Shown in pieces: positions 20,187 through 30,314 of a stretch of DNA of 59,131 nucleotides (within the stretch, counting starts at the first letter, position 1; each line of letters begins with the position of its first letter). Under the pieces are notes generated by a model. That model saw only the letters and a list, made by a program, of their open reading frames with translations, was not told the DNA's origin and searched no databases. The translations under genes were made by a program, and so were the position numbers. This DNA is from an uncultured Bdellovibrionales bacterium (GTDB taxonomy: Bacteria; Patescibacteriota; Minisyncoccia; Moranbacterales; UBA1568): positions 1 to 59,131 of the forward strand of contig CAZRXW010000002.1 of assembly GCA_964604195.1 (NCBI GenBank), given 5' to 3'.

Positions 20187-20855
20187 TTAATAGGCAATGA
20201 TCACAAATTCTCCCTTGGTTTTATTGGGATCAGAGGCAAGATAAGTAGCAACTGTTTCAGCATTCCCCCGCACTACTTCCTCAAACATCTTGGTGAGTTC
20301 GCGACCAAGAATTATTTTTTTCTCTGGTGCGAAAGTTTTCAAGAGTTCCAAATTTTTGATTACTCGGTGAGGTGATTCATAGTACACCGTGGGAATATCG
20401 CTTTCTGCCACTCGTTTGAAAAATGTTTCTCGGCCTTTTTTGTGTGGCGGAAAACCAAGAAAAGAAAACTCCCGCATATCAATACCAGCAATAGATACCA
20501 TCGTCGCTAGCGCCGACACTCCAGGTACCGGAACGACGATAATATCAGATGTCAGCGCTAATGAAACCAGGACATTCCCTGGATCAGAAAGTCCCGGAGT
20601 CCCAGCATCAGTCACGAGTGCCATCGACTCGCCAGCCTTCAAGCGTTCAATGATTTGAGCAAGCTTTCCCCTCTCTGTATGTTCGTGACAAGAGAGTGTG
20701 GGCGTAGCGATCTCGTAATGAGAAAGCAGCTTCTTGGTCACCCGAGTATCCTCAGAAAGTACGAGGTCTACCTGCTTCAGCACCTCCAAAGCGCGCACTG
20801 TCATATCTCCGAGATTGCCAATTGGTGTCGCGACAATATAGAGTATCCCGAGCAT
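20187..20855 (-). CDS. rsmI: 16S rRNA (cytidine1402-2'-O)-methyltransferase
   Basis: LYIVATPIGNLGDMT...EDTR...and the tetrapyrrole-methylase-like fold pattern of RsmI. Confidence 0.9.
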   Translation of the reverse strand: MLGILYIVATPIGNLGDMTVRALEVLKQVDLVLSEDTRVTKKLLSHYEIATPTLSCHEHTERGKLAQIIERLKAGESMALVTDAGTPGLSDPGNVLVSLALTSDIIVVPVPGVSALATMVSIAGIDMREFSFLGFPPHKKGRETFFKRVAESDIPTVYYESPHRVIKNLELLKTFAPEKKIILGRELTKMFEEVVRGNAETVATYLASDPNKTKGEFVIIAY

Positions 20856-20857
20856 AT

Positions 20858-22132
20858 CTAGACTTTAAATCTCACCAACGGAACGAGTTTCTTTTGGTCC
20901 GGATGTGGCCCAATAACAGCGAGGTTGAGTTTCTTATTCTGGAAAATATCTTTGGCCACGCGGAGCACATCGTCGGCAGTTACTTTGTCGATAAGTTTCG
21001 CTTTCTCTTTGGGAAGAACAATCTCACCACGAATCGTTTCTTGGGTGACAAGATATTCCACCACATCATCCGATCCCTCGAGTCCCATAGCCATTTTCCC
21101 TTTAATATATTCTTTGGCCTTCTTGAGCTCTGCTGCATCTACTTTTTCCATCGCAATCTTGCTGTACTCTTCGAGAATAACGCGGATCGTCTCCTCGAGA
21201 TTCTCGTGCTCTACACCACACTGGGTCGCGAGATACCCTGCCTCATGATAACTCTCTATCCCCGTGTGCACTGAATACGCAAGACCACGGCGCTCACGAA
21301 CCGCCATAAAGAGCCGTGAAGACATCCCCCCACCGAGAATAGTAGCGAGTACCGAGAGAGCGTAACGGTCAGGGTGGTACATGTCATAAGCCCGCACCCC
21401 GAGCAGCATATGAGTTTGGTCAGTTTTCTTCTCTTGGACAAAGACCTCTGGTTGTGTTTGCTTGACGGCATTCTTTTTGAAACTTGGTTTCTTCCCCGTG
21501 CGAATATGCGAGAAGCGTTCTTCGATCATTTTCTTCATCCGCTTGGGATCAAATTTTCCCGCCACCCCAACGACGACATTCTCAGCGACATATCCTCGAG
21601 CGAGATACTTCATGAAGTCCCGACGCTGGAACGATTTGATATTAGACTTTGGTCCCACAATTTCCCAACCTAGTGGCGTATCGCCATAGAGATGAAGTTC
21701 CCAGAGATCATTGAGATGCCTCATCGGCATATCCTCATACATATTGATCTCCTGCAGGATGGCTCCGCGCTCGCGATCGATTTCTGCTTGCTCGATCTTG
21801 GCATTCATGAAGATATCCGACACGACATCGAGGGTGATATCGGCGTGATGCGCCTCGACTTTGGCATAATAGGCGGTGCGGTCCTTGCCGGTATAGGCAT
21901 TATACTCGGCTCCGACAGCATCAAGCTCTTTACTAATGTCGAGAGCCGTCGGCCGTTTCTCTGTTCCCTTAAAAAACATATGTTCGAGAAAGTGCGCCAA
22001 GCCATTCTCAGCTCGCGTCTCGTAGCGGCTCCCTACTCCCGTCATCACGAGGACCGTTACCGTTTCATTTTCCTCCATCGGGGCCAAAATAATCCGCAAT
22101 CCATTCTTCAAAGTATGTTTCTTGTAGTGCAT
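20858..22132 (-). CDS. M16-family (pitrilysin/insulinase-like) zinc peptidase
   Basis: Inverted zinc motif HFLEHMFFKG (HxxEH) and a typical length of 424 aa. Confidence 0.9.
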   Translation of the reverse strand: MHYKKHTLKNGLRIILAPMEENETVTVLVMTGVGSRYETRAENGLAHFLEHMFFKGTEKRPTALDISKELDAVGAEYNAYTGKDRTAYYAKVEAHHADITLDVVSDIFMNAKIEQAEIDRERGAILQEINMYEDMPMRHLNDLWELHLYGDTPLGWEIVGPKSNIKSFQRRDFMKYLARGYVAENVVVGVAGKFDPKRMKKMIEERFSHIRTGKKPSFKKNAVKQTQPEVFVQEKKTDQTHMLLGVRAYDMYHPDRYALSVLATILGGGMSSRLFMAVRERRGLAYSVHTGIESYHEAGYLATQCGVEHENLEETIRVILEEYSKIAMEKVDAAELKKAKEYIKGKMAMGLEGSDDVVEYLVTQETIRGEIVLPKEKAKLIDKVTADDVLRVAKDIFQNKKLNLAVIGPHPDQKKLVPLVRFKV

Positions 22133-22145
22133 ATCGATCCATTCA

Positions 22146-22448
22146 TTAATTTACTGATTCTTCACTCAGGACTTCATTGAGAAGACTTTCGATCTCCTCC
22201 TCAGAAAAACTGGTTATATCCGTCCCTTGATCACTGACCCTCACAGAAAACTCATGCCATTTTTCATAAAGACCGGTGAGATGATCTGGATGGAGTGTTG
22301 TCAAAAAATTGGTGGTAGTTTCTTTTTTTGAAGTCACGCCAAGTCGAAAGGCTAGCTCAAAAAGCGTCAGCTTCTCTTTATGATTCAGCCCCTGAAGTTT
22401 CTCTAGTTTTAGCTGTTGCTCGGACCTTGGTGTTTGTTCGAAATTCAT
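22146..22448 (-). CDS. Hypothetical protein (100 aa)
   Basis: ORF packed between glyQS and the peptidase gene. Confidence 0.5.
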   Translation of the reverse strand: MNFEQTPRSEQQLKLEKLQGLNHKEKLTLFELAFRLGVTSKKETTTNFLTTLHPDHLTGLYEKWHEFSVRVSDQGTDITSFSEEEIESLLNEVLSEESVN

Positions 22449-22453
22449 AGGTA

Positions 22454-23896
22454 TTACCGTTTCAGAAACTGCGAGAGATCCTCGATCTTTACTCGTTCCT
22501 GTTTCATCGTATCGCGGTCACGAACAGTCACCGTCCCAGTGAGAGATGCATCCTCCCCTGCACCAAGCGTGTCAAAATCAATCGTAACACAAGAGGGTGT
22601 CCCAATCTCGTCCTGACGGCGATAGCGCTTCCCCACATTGCCATTGTCGTCGAACTCAACCCGGAAATCTTTCTTGAGAACCTGATAGACTTCCCGAGCT
22701 TTCTCAACAAGCTCTGGCTTATTCTTGAGGAGCGGAAAGACCGCAACTTGTACCGGGGCAAGCTGCCTGGGAAATTTCATCACGATACGGGTATCCCCCT
22801 CTCCAACCGTCTCCTCAGTGTAAGCATCAGTCATCACCGCAAGAAAAGTCCGCTCAAGTCCGACAGAAGTCTCCACAATCCACGGAATATATTTTTCATT
22901 TGTCTTGGGATCGGTATACGAAAGATCGACTCCCGAGAATTTGCTGTGCTGAGTGAGGTCGTAATCACTCCTATTGTGCACGCCTTCAAGCTCTTTGAAA
23001 CCAAAAGGAAAGTTATACTCAATATCCCAGGCTGCCTTGGCATAGAACACGAGATTTTCATGTTCATGCCAACGAAGATTTTCTGCTTTGAGTCCAAGTG
23101 CTTCTGTATAGTAATTGAAGCGCTTCTTTCGCCACTCCTCATACACTACTGCTGCGTCACTCGGATGCACAAAATACTGCATCTCCATCTGCTCAAATTC
23201 TCGTTTGCGAAAAATAAACTGCCGAGCAGTGATCTCGTTACGAAAAGCCTTACCGATCTGTGCAATCCCAAACGGTACTTTTACCCGCGAACTATCGAGG
23301 ACATTCTTGAAATTCACATAAATCCCTTGGCACGTCTCGCCGCGGAGATAGGTCGGGTTCTCAGTCCAGCCTGCCCGGCTCCCATCTGGGGACGGGTCAC
23401 CGGTAAAATTTCCCAGATTTGACTGGACCAGGAGATTAAAATTCTTGGCCTCAGTGAAATTGCTCTTCCCGCACTTGGGACACTTCACTTCCTTTTCGTG
23501 CTCAGAGAAAAGTACATTAATCTCAGCTTCGGTCATTTTCTCATCAGCAAAAATACCAGCTGCCTCGAGGAGATGGTCGACACGCACCCGGGTATGACAC
23601 TCTTTACATTCAGCGAGAGGGTCTGAGAATCCCCCCACATGACCCGAGGCTTCCCAGACTTTTGGGTGCATAAAAATGGCACTGTCGATCCCGACGATGT
23701 TGTCGTGATCATAGACCATTGCCCTCCACCAGGCTTCGCGAATATTTTTGGCCAGTTCTACTCCATATGGACCAAAATCATAGACCGCTGCAAAACCGCC
23801 ATAGATCTCCGACGATGGGTAGATAAAACCACGGCGTTTCGCGAGAGAAATAATTTTTTCCATGAGATTTTCAGGGGCAGCCATAATGTTTGACAA
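22454..23896 (-). CDS. glyQS: Glycine--tRNA ligase (homodimeric class II type)
   Basis: RRGFIYPSSEIYGG...YDFGPYG, class II motifs and a C-terminal anticodon-binding domain. The likely start is at 23884. Confidence 0.95.
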   Translation of the reverse strand: MSNIMAAPENLMEKIISLAKRRGFIYPSSEIYGGFAAVYDFGPYGVELAKNIREAWWRAMVYDHDNIVGIDSAIFMHPKVWEASGHVGGFSDPLAECKECHTRVRVDHLLEAAGIFADEKMTEAEINVLFSEHEKEVKCPKCGKSNFTEAKNFNLLVQSNLGNFTGDPSPDGSRAGWTENPTYLRGETCQGIYVNFKNVLDSSRVKVPFGIAQIGKAFRNEITARQFIFRKREFEQMEMQYFVHPSDAAVVYEEWRKKRFNYYTEALGLKAENLRWHEHENLVFYAKAAWDIEYNFPFGFKELEGVHNRSDYDLTQHSKFSGVDLSYTDPKTNEKYIPWIVETSVGLERTFLAVMTDAYTEETVGEGDTRIVMKFPRQLAPVQVAVFPLLKNKPELVEKAREVYQVLKKDFRVEFDDNGNVGKRYRRQDEIGTPSCVTIDFDTLGAGEDASLTGTVTVRDRDTMKQERVKIEDLSQFLKR

Positions 23897-23913
23897 AATA
23901 GTGAAAGATACGT

Positions 23914-23941
23914 ATTGTACAATTTCTCTTTAACAAGTCAA
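23914..23941 (-). promoter_or_regulatory. Candidate promoter of glyQS
   Basis: The minus strand reads TTGACT, 16 bp, TACAAT, ending about 18 nt before the ORF start. Confidence 0.4.
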
Positions 23942-23977
23942 TAGTACCAACATCTCGCTGGTCCATCAACCTAACAA

Positions 23978-24271
23978 GTGGGGCATCGTATGTCTTTTGA
24001 CATTGGTTGGCTCCCCTTGGGAGTCCTCGTACTGTTTACTGCCATCTTTGTCACCTGTGCCCGCCTCCACATGAGGTATGACTTTGAACGGAAGCCGCTA
24101 TTCAGATGGACACCTCTTCTAGAGAGGACTCTCTCGATCCTGTCATCAATGAAATGGGTCATGATCGGGTTTCTCATCGGTAGCCTTACCGTATTCGTAT
24201 TGCAAGAGGTTTGGTTCTGGTTATACTCAACCCCTCTCCCCTTCAATCCGTTTCTGAAAGGTTCTCCATGA
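23978..24271 (+). CDS. Hypothetical membrane protein (about 93-97 aa)
   Basis: Two to three hydrophobic helices. Alternative ATG at 23990. The stop overlaps the next start (ATGA). Confidence 0.5.
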   Translation: MGHRMSFDIGWLPLGVLVLFTAIFVTCARLHMRYDFERKPLFRWTPLLERTLSILSSMKWVMIGFLIGSLTVFVLQEVWFWLYSTPLPFNPFLKGSP

Positions 24272-24441
24272 TCCAAACCTCATTGGAGATATTCAGCCAC
24301 GAGTTAACACCCTGTCAGCTCATCGCTGGCGGCATCACTCTTGGCTTCATCCTCATTGCTGCCATCGGATGGATCCTGTTCTTTGTGTGGACATACCGTT
24401 TGGATACCCCTCCACATCATGAGCATGAGTCGGACTACTAG
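24268..24441 (+). CDS. Hypothetical single-TM protein (57 aa)
   Basis: ATGA overlap with the upstream ORF, and the TM helix IAGGITLGFILIAAIGWILFFVW. The ORF-track version starts at 24211. Confidence 0.45.
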   Translation: MIQTSLEIFSHELTPCQLIAGGITLGFILIAAIGWILFFVWTYRLDTPPHHEHESDY

Positions 24442-24449
24442 GAGAACCT

Positions 24450-24815
24450 ATGCCTAATCAGCCAGTCCCGTGGATCCATCCAGTATTCCGCGAGTACATT
24501 CGGACGCTCAAGTCAGATGCTACCTCTGTATTTGCCTTTGCAAGCGCTGTCAGAGAAGCAATACGACATCCTCTCCTCAAGAAGAAGTCAATGGCGACAC
24601 TCCTAGCCGCACTGAGAGAACGCAACTGGATAGTGGTCGAACACGAACTTCGATCATGCATCGGGCAACTCATCCAAACCCTCCCCGAAGAAATTCTCTC
24701 TGCAACAGCGAGTAAAGCCTCACTCGAAGAGAAGGCCCTCATCATCTGCGGACTACGGCTACTTGCCGCTCAGGCTCATTGTTTCCGTGAGATGTCCCCT
24801 TCCATCAGAAGATAA
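24450..24815 (+). CDS. Hypothetical protein (121 aa)
   Basis: AGGAGA Shine-Dalgarno 5 nt before the ATG. Third gene of a plus-strand mini-operon. Confidence 0.55.
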   Translation: MPNQPVPWIHPVFREYIRTLKSDATSVFAFASAVREAIRHPLLKKKSMATLLAALRERNWIVVEHELRSCIGQLIQTLPEEILSATASKASLEEKALIICGLRLLAAQAHCFREMSPSIRR

Positions 24816-24868
24816 TCTCTGATGACTGAGAGGGGTTCGGCACCAAACGCTTTAGCGAGAGGTGCCTT

Positions 24869-25990
24869 TCATTTTTTATGACTCCATGTACGAAGAGCCG
24901 TCATCAACCGTAGGTAAAATCTGAGGTTATGTTCTGAAGCTAATACGAGGGCGAGCGGCTCACCCACCCGAAAGAGATGATGGAGATAGCTTGGTGTATA
25001 CGATGTACACAGGGTACAGTCACATGTCTGATCTACAGTCGTGTCATCCTGTTTATACTGTTCGTTGCGAATGTTGATGGTAGTAAAAAAATCTCTTTGT
25101 TCGAGAGAACCTGCCGGGTTCCACAGAAAAAGCCTCCCGTGCCTCCCTTCACGCGTCGGGATAACACAGTCAAACATATCCCAACCAAGTTCATAAGAAC
25201 GAACGATATCCTCGGGTGTTCCAATACCGAGGGCAAATCTCAGTGCATCTTCTGGAATAGCGGCTGCCGTTACTCGTATAATTTCTTCGAGAAAATTTCC
25301 CTGTGCGTCGATATGCCGACCACCAAACCCGTAGCCATCAAAGTCAAGTTTGGCAAGTTCCTCGGCACAGTATTTCCGCAGTTCTGGCATTATCCCTCCT
25401 TGAACCACTCCAAAAATGAGTGGGCGATTCGCCTCAGTGAATCCTCGCTCTTGTACGAGTCGATCGTATTCATCACGACAACGTTTTGCCCAGCGAAGAG
25501 TGCGCTCCACTGACTCACGCATCTCTCCTTCCTCTACATCATTGGGTCTTGGATCATCAAGACACACGATCATATCCACCCCCAAGTCAAACTGTATTTT
25601 GATCGATCGCTCTGGCGTGAGAAGATACTTTGACCCATCCAGAATTGATCGAAATTCTGCCCCTTCCTCAGTGATACGACCAAGCTCTGGATTCTTGTGG
25701 ATTAGCGAAAACACCTGGTACCCCCCAGAGTCCGAAAGAACTGGCCGGGACCAGTGCATAAATTGATGGATGCCACCGGCGTCTTTGATCCGCTGTTCCC
25801 CAGGCTGAAGCATAAGATGATACGTATTCACCACCAGTGCCTCAAGCACCATAGACTCGAGCCGAGCTGAAGTTAACCCGCGAACCGTAGCCCTCGTCGC
25901 ATCCGGCATAAAGAACGGGGTCTGGAGCTCCCCGTGTGCCGTCTTGAGTATTCCCTTTCGTTTGGGTGTAGTATGAGTCAGGGTAAACAT
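24869..25990 (-). CDS. tgt: Queuine tRNA-ribosyltransferase (tRNA-guanine transglycosylase)
   Basis: LSDSGGYQVFSL, the zinc site CDCTLC...H, and overall Tgt similarity. Confidence 0.95.
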   Translation of the reverse strand: MFTLTHTTPKRKGILKTAHGELQTPFFMPDATRATVRGLTSARLESMVLEALVVNTYHLMLQPGEQRIKDAGGIHQFMHWSRPVLSDSGGYQVFSLIHKNPELGRITEEGAEFRSILDGSKYLLTPERSIKIQFDLGVDMIVCLDDPRPNDVEEGEMRESVERTLRWAKRCRDEYDRLVQERGFTEANRPLIFGVVQGGIMPELRKYCAEELAKLDFDGYGFGGRHIDAQGNFLEEIIRVTAAAIPEDALRFALGIGTPEDIVRSYELGWDMFDCVIPTREGRHGRLFLWNPAGSLEQRDFFTTINIRNEQYKQDDTTVDQTCDCTLCTSYTPSYLHHLFRVGEPLALVLASEHNLRFYLRLMTALRTWSHKK

Positions 25991-26057
25991 AGTAAGAATG
26001 AAAACAGGCTACCGCAAAAAGGGCATCTGTCACGGATACCCTACTTCAAAACTCCTC

Positions 26058-28031
26058 TTACTCAAGAATATGACCAGCTGCAACATGAGCCACTGGTACC
26101 TCAATACTTTTTCCAGTGAAGGAATCTTTGGCAATGAAAACACCATTATTAATAAGGTTCGATATCGGTTTCAATCCTCCGGGCGCTGGAATAAAGCTGA
26201 TTTGGAAAACAGCTTGACGAGCATTACTCTCCCCTGGTTCAAGTGACCTAAGATCCCAAACCAGTTCCCCGGTACGAATGTTGTATTTCAGGGAATTACT
26301 CTCACCAGCCAGAACCGATGTAAATTGCACAGAACTTGGAAGAGTCATGGTCCAACGAGCATCATTGAGCGTATTAAGATCAGTCGAGACAGCAAGTCTC
26401 ACTGTATATGTTGTTGTTTCTCCAATTTTTGGCGGAAAAGGTCCTGAATTAGGAAACTGAGCATCAGCATATTCAACCTGTATCAATGGTCTCGCAAAAG
26501 AATTTACCTTAACCAAGCTTTCACTCTGTGGAACAAAAGCCTCCGTATTTTGTCCGTGCGGAAGATCGGGACTATCCAAAGAAACACTGGTCCTAATTTG
26601 AATATTTCGTCTACCCAAATCTGAAAGATTCGATTTGACCTTTACTCCAAAAGAAATATCGCCCTGTTCCCCTGGTTCGAGACTTCGTAATTCCGGGATT
26701 TCTGATGCGCGAAAGACCAGCTGCTGTCTCGAGCGATCATAACTTACTCCTTGAGGAATAGTCATACCTTCCATACTGAGATATTCGGCATCCAGTTTTA
26801 CCGTAGCAACAATATCACGGATACCTACGTTGCTATTATTGCGAAAAAAAATTCGATTCAGCAGAAACTGTCCAGAATCAACTGATCCTCCATTATTATC
26901 TACATCCAAACTCACCGAGAGTGGAGGTGAAAGAACCTTGGTAAGTTTTTCTTCCTGAGCCAAGCTGAGAAATTCTCCGTCACCCTGTTCTTTGCCAAGA
27001 CGAGCAATAAGCCTCCTGGCATCCCCTGCAATTCCCCGTATCTCCCCCTTAATGCTAATCGTTCCCTCTGATCGAGGTTCGAGTCGACTAAGAACCCAAC
27101 GATTCTCTTCTCGAGATGGATTCGGAACGAAGCTTGTAGGAGTAAAGCCCTCTGGATAATCGAGCAGCAACTGGATATTGTCGACCATCTCCGTACTCTC
27201 ATTACGGTATTTGACGACATACTCCAGTGATTGACCCAAAGTAAGCGATGGGGGGCCAGTTATCTCTAACTTGAGGGAAGAGGTATCCACAGCCACCGTC
27301 CACTGCCCTATTACTTCAGTGGGATTTGTAATACCCCTCGGACTCGAACGCAAGACTGCCTTGAAAAACGCGGTCTTCTTTTCAAACGCCTGGAGTGTCC
27401 CTGTAAGCTTCAACTGGCCACTACTCTTCCCAGGAATAACTGGGATTGTGTATGTTGCTCTGGAGAGCGCCAGTTTCCAGCCCCCAGTAGCCTGTGGTTT
27501 GAATGACTCAGGAAAAGTAAGAGAGAGCTCAACATCTGTCAGCCCAAGCAAATTATCATTTTTATAATCAAAGAGAAGAGTAAGTTCATCTCCAGTCTGA
27601 ACCATTTCTGGACCAGTAACCTGGAGATCAACACTAGTAGTATCAAAAAGGAAAAGTCTTTGACCAACAAATCCAGCTAGCATGAACAAAGAAAGAAACC
27701 CTAAAGACAAGATCAAAATAAACTTGCGTCGACGAGCCTTATGCTCCCGTTCCTGTTTTTCCGTTTCCATCGCAGGGGCTAGTTTCTTTGGGGGAGCATC
27801 GGTCCACACAGAGGAGGAGGGGGTGATGTGCTGGTGCTCATGAGAAGCGATAGTGTCACTAATACGATCAGCATCATCCCTTGGCTGAGATGATTGGAAA
27901 TCCCTTTTGTAGACAGCTTTGTTGAGATCTTCAAGAGACATATACTTTATACTACCAGATTTTGATAGAAAAATGACAGACTTATCTACGAATCCACGCA
28001 AGAAACAATCCTCGAAATCGCTCAAGCTCAA
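26058..28031 (-). CDS. Membrane-anchored surface protein with repeated beta-sandwich (CARDB/DUF11-like) modules
   Basis: One TM helix (FILILSLGFLSLFMLAGFV) followed by repeated units of the type L[EQ][IV]TGP...G..L.....Y.N. The start is probably at 27941 (MSLEDLNK), because the listed start overlaps recO by 50 nt. Confidence 0.65.
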   Translation of the reverse strand: MSLSDFEDCFLRGFVDKSVIFLSKSGSIKYMSLEDLNKAVYKRDFQSSQPRDDADRISDTIASHEHQHITPSSSVWTDAPPKKLAPAMETEKQEREHKARRRKFILILSLGFLSLFMLAGFVGQRLFLFDTTSVDLQVTGPEMVQTGDELTLLFDYKNDNLLGLTDVELSLTFPESFKPQATGGWKLALSRATYTIPVIPGKSSGQLKLTGTLQAFEKKTAFFKAVLRSSPRGITNPTEVIGQWTVAVDTSSLKLEITGPPSLTLGQSLEYVVKYRNESTEMVDNIQLLLDYPEGFTPTSFVPNPSREENRWVLSRLEPRSEGTISIKGEIRGIAGDARRLIARLGKEQGDGEFLSLAQEEKLTKVLSPPLSVSLDVDNNGGSVDSGQFLLNRIFFRNNSNVGIRDIVATVKLDAEYLSMEGMTIPQGVSYDRSRQQLVFRASEIPELRSLEPGEQGDISFGVKVKSNLSDLGRRNIQIRTSVSLDSPDLPHGQNTEAFVPQSESLVKVNSFARPLIQVEYADAQFPNSGPFPPKIGETTTYTVRLAVSTDLNTLNDARWTMTLPSSVQFTSVLAGESNSLKYNIRTGELVWDLRSLEPGESNARQAVFQISFIPAPGGLKPISNLINNGVFIAKDSFTGKSIEVPVAHVAAGHILE

Positions 28032-28722
28032 TCAGTGTTTGTGGCCCTACTAAAATCTTGGTAATTGAAAATAATGGATAACTCCCAAAAATCCTCAGGG
28101 CCTTGATCGCCTCTTCGCTTACTATGATGCCATCACGAACATGGTTTGCGTAACTTAGATTGATGACTCCTCCTTGGCTTGGACTCAAAATATACCGTTG
28201 ACCAGAAAGGAGTTTTTCTCCAGAAAAAACGCACTGTTGAAGCTGAAGTGTATACCCTAAGTGAAACGCTGTCTGAAAAAAGAAACCACTGTCTACGAGT
28301 TGGATCCGCTGAGACTGATCTTCTCGTGCGAACAGCTCCATAGTAAGCAGGTATTGTGCAAGCATATCAAAAAGAATCTGATCTGGTTCATCGGGCTCAA
28401 CTAATTTATCCAAAATATTGAGCGCAGCTACTACCAAACGAAGAACTTCAAAATTTTCACGTGTGGTACCATGAGAATTTTCGAGAATTGCCCCAACTAC
28501 TTTTCCCATCCCTCTCGTCCGTACTATGGTGATATCAACCTCCGAACCCGTTTCGAGAGCACTCGCCAATTTAGCCTCGCTCTTACGCACTCCCTTAGCG
28601 AGAGCAGTGATCTTTCCTGCCTCTCTGGTAAAGAAAGTATAAATACGATCTGTTTCTCCCACCTCTCTTTTTTTCAAAACCAGAGCACGGTATCGATATT
28701 CCATAAATTCTATCGGTATCAA
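27982..28722 (-). CDS. recO: DNA repair protein RecO
   Basis: N-terminal OB-fold signature ALVLKKREVGETDRIYTFFTREAGKITALAKGVRK, and a typical length. Confidence 0.85.
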   Translation of the reverse strand: MIPIEFMEYRYRALVLKKREVGETDRIYTFFTREAGKITALAKGVRKSEAKLASALETGSEVDITIVRTRGMGKVVGAILENSHGTTRENFEVLRLVVAALNILDKLVEPDEPDQILFDMLAQYLLTMELFAREDQSQRIQLVDSGFFFQTAFHLGYTLQLQQCVFSGEKLLSGQRYILSPSQGGVINLSYANHVRDGIIVSEEAIKALRIFGSYPLFSITKILVGPQTLIELERFRGLFLAWIRR

Positions 28723-28757
28723 TCAGTATGTCGAGACCACCTTCTAAAAAGAGGGGG

Positions 28758-30308
28758 CTAAAAAACAATTTCATCACCTGCCTGAATTCCTGAAAGAACT
28801 TCGGTCATGCCATCTTTCTCAATACCCGTTTCAATGACTCGATTCTGCTCTCCCCCATTCTCAATAACCCGAACCGTCCACCGGCCACCCTGTAGTTCGG
28901 TTGCATCTGTGGGAATACGCACCACTCCACCATGAGCCGTAGTAGCAACGATAGCATCACCAAGCATCCCCATACGTACAGGAGTTTTGCTTGCCTCAGA
29001 AAGAGTAGTGCGGACCCGAAAATATATTCCTCCGTCTTTCTCAACCTCTTGAGAATCAATTCTAGTGATCACTCCAGAAAAATCTTTCTCTGGATAAGCA
29101 TTGAGGCGCAGTATCACTTGATTTCCAAGAGACACTCCAACAATTTTTTCTTCGGGAATATCAGCTTCGACTTCGAGTACTGGATCAGCCAAAACCACCG
29201 CTGTCTGCCCCGCCTGAACATACTCACCTACTCGCGGAAAAATTTTCTTTACCAACAAATCAGGGAGTGGTGTAGTAAGTGTCGTCTGTTTGAGTTTCTC
29301 TTCAATAATATCCATCTGGCTTTTAGCAGCAGCTGCTACGCTAAGCGCTGCCTCGATATCCTGTTTTTCTGTACCAGCTAGACGGTAATCAAGTTCGCTT
29401 CTAGCAACCGACACTCCTTTGGTGGCTACCTGGTAGGCTGCATCGCTTGTCCCAAGAGCAATAGCTGCCTCAGCTACCGCCGTACGAGCCAAGGACAAAG
29501 ACTCTTTCCAGGCATCAATAGTATCCTGAGAAATAGCACCCGCCGTAAGGGCATTGACTCCTTTACCTACGAGATCCAGATATTCCCGAACAGCATCAAT
29601 ATTTTTTCTTCCCTTCTCAAGATACCGCGCCACATTCCCAGATGCCTTCATGTCATCCACATCATCCTTCCACTCATCAAGCAAATCTCCTATATCTTGG
29701 CGTTCAGATTCAATATCCGATTTTAGACCAGACTCAGTGGGTGTAAAACTCAGAACCGGATTACTGTCTGGGGTAGAAAAAATAACATCAGTCTTGGCGT
29801 GAACAACATCATCAGCCTGAACAAAAGCGTTTGTGACAACGTTGAGCACTTCTTTTTTACTCCCACTAAGCGCACTCTCAGAACTCTGCTTTTTCTGTTC
29901 AAGGATCAAAAGTTCTTCAAAACGAGCTCCCTGTTTCAGTTTTTTCACAATAGCCTGCCCTTCATTGTAGCTTGCCTCAGCTTTCTTAAACTCCAACTCC
30001 CATTCTGTCTTCTCCATCTGAAGAAGAGGCTGATGAGCCCCATTCATTTTTTGACCTTCAACACCCATAACAGCCTCTATCTTCCCGGCAAAAGGAAAGG
30101 AGAGCGAGTATTGTTCTTTGGCTACCACTTTTGCATTTTGCACCCGCACCGAGGGATTGCCTGACTCATACGTGGCTATCACTGTTCGAGATCTGTTCGG
30201 CGTATCAGACCAAAGCCAAGCAAGTTTTTCTGGCCACCAATAAAAGACCACTCCCAGTAGTATTGCTCCTCCGACGACTATGGTAATGATCGGTGCCAAA
30301 AACTTCAT
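28758..30308 (-). CDS. HlyD/MacA-like periplasmic adaptor of an ABC efflux system
   Basis: N-terminal TM anchor, a long coiled-coil hairpin and C-terminal beta-barrel segments. It sits immediately upstream of the ABC ATPase and the FtsX permease. Confidence 0.75.
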   Translation of the reverse strand: MKFLAPIITIVVGGAILLGVVFYWWPEKLAWLWSDTPNRSRTVIATYESGNPSVRVQNAKVVAKEQYSLSFPFAGKIEAVMGVEGQKMNGAHQPLLQMEKTEWELEFKKAEASYNEGQAIVKKLKQGARFEELLILEQKKQSSESALSGSKKEVLNVVTNAFVQADDVVHAKTDVIFSTPDSNPVLSFTPTESGLKSDIESERQDIGDLLDEWKDDVDDMKASGNVARYLEKGRKNIDAVREYLDLVGKGVNALTAGAISQDTIDAWKESLSLARTAVAEAAIALGTSDAAYQVATKGVSVARSELDYRLAGTEKQDIEAALSVAAAAKSQMDIIEEKLKQTTLTTPLPDLLVKKIFPRVGEYVQAGQTAVVLADPVLEVEADIPEEKIVGVSLGNQVILRLNAYPEKDFSGVITRIDSQEVEKDGGIYFRVRTTLSEASKTPVRMGMLGDAIVATTAHGGVVRIPTDATELQGGRWTVRVIENGGEQNRVIETGIEKDGMTEVLSGIQAGDEIVF

Positions 30309-30314
30309 ATCTTG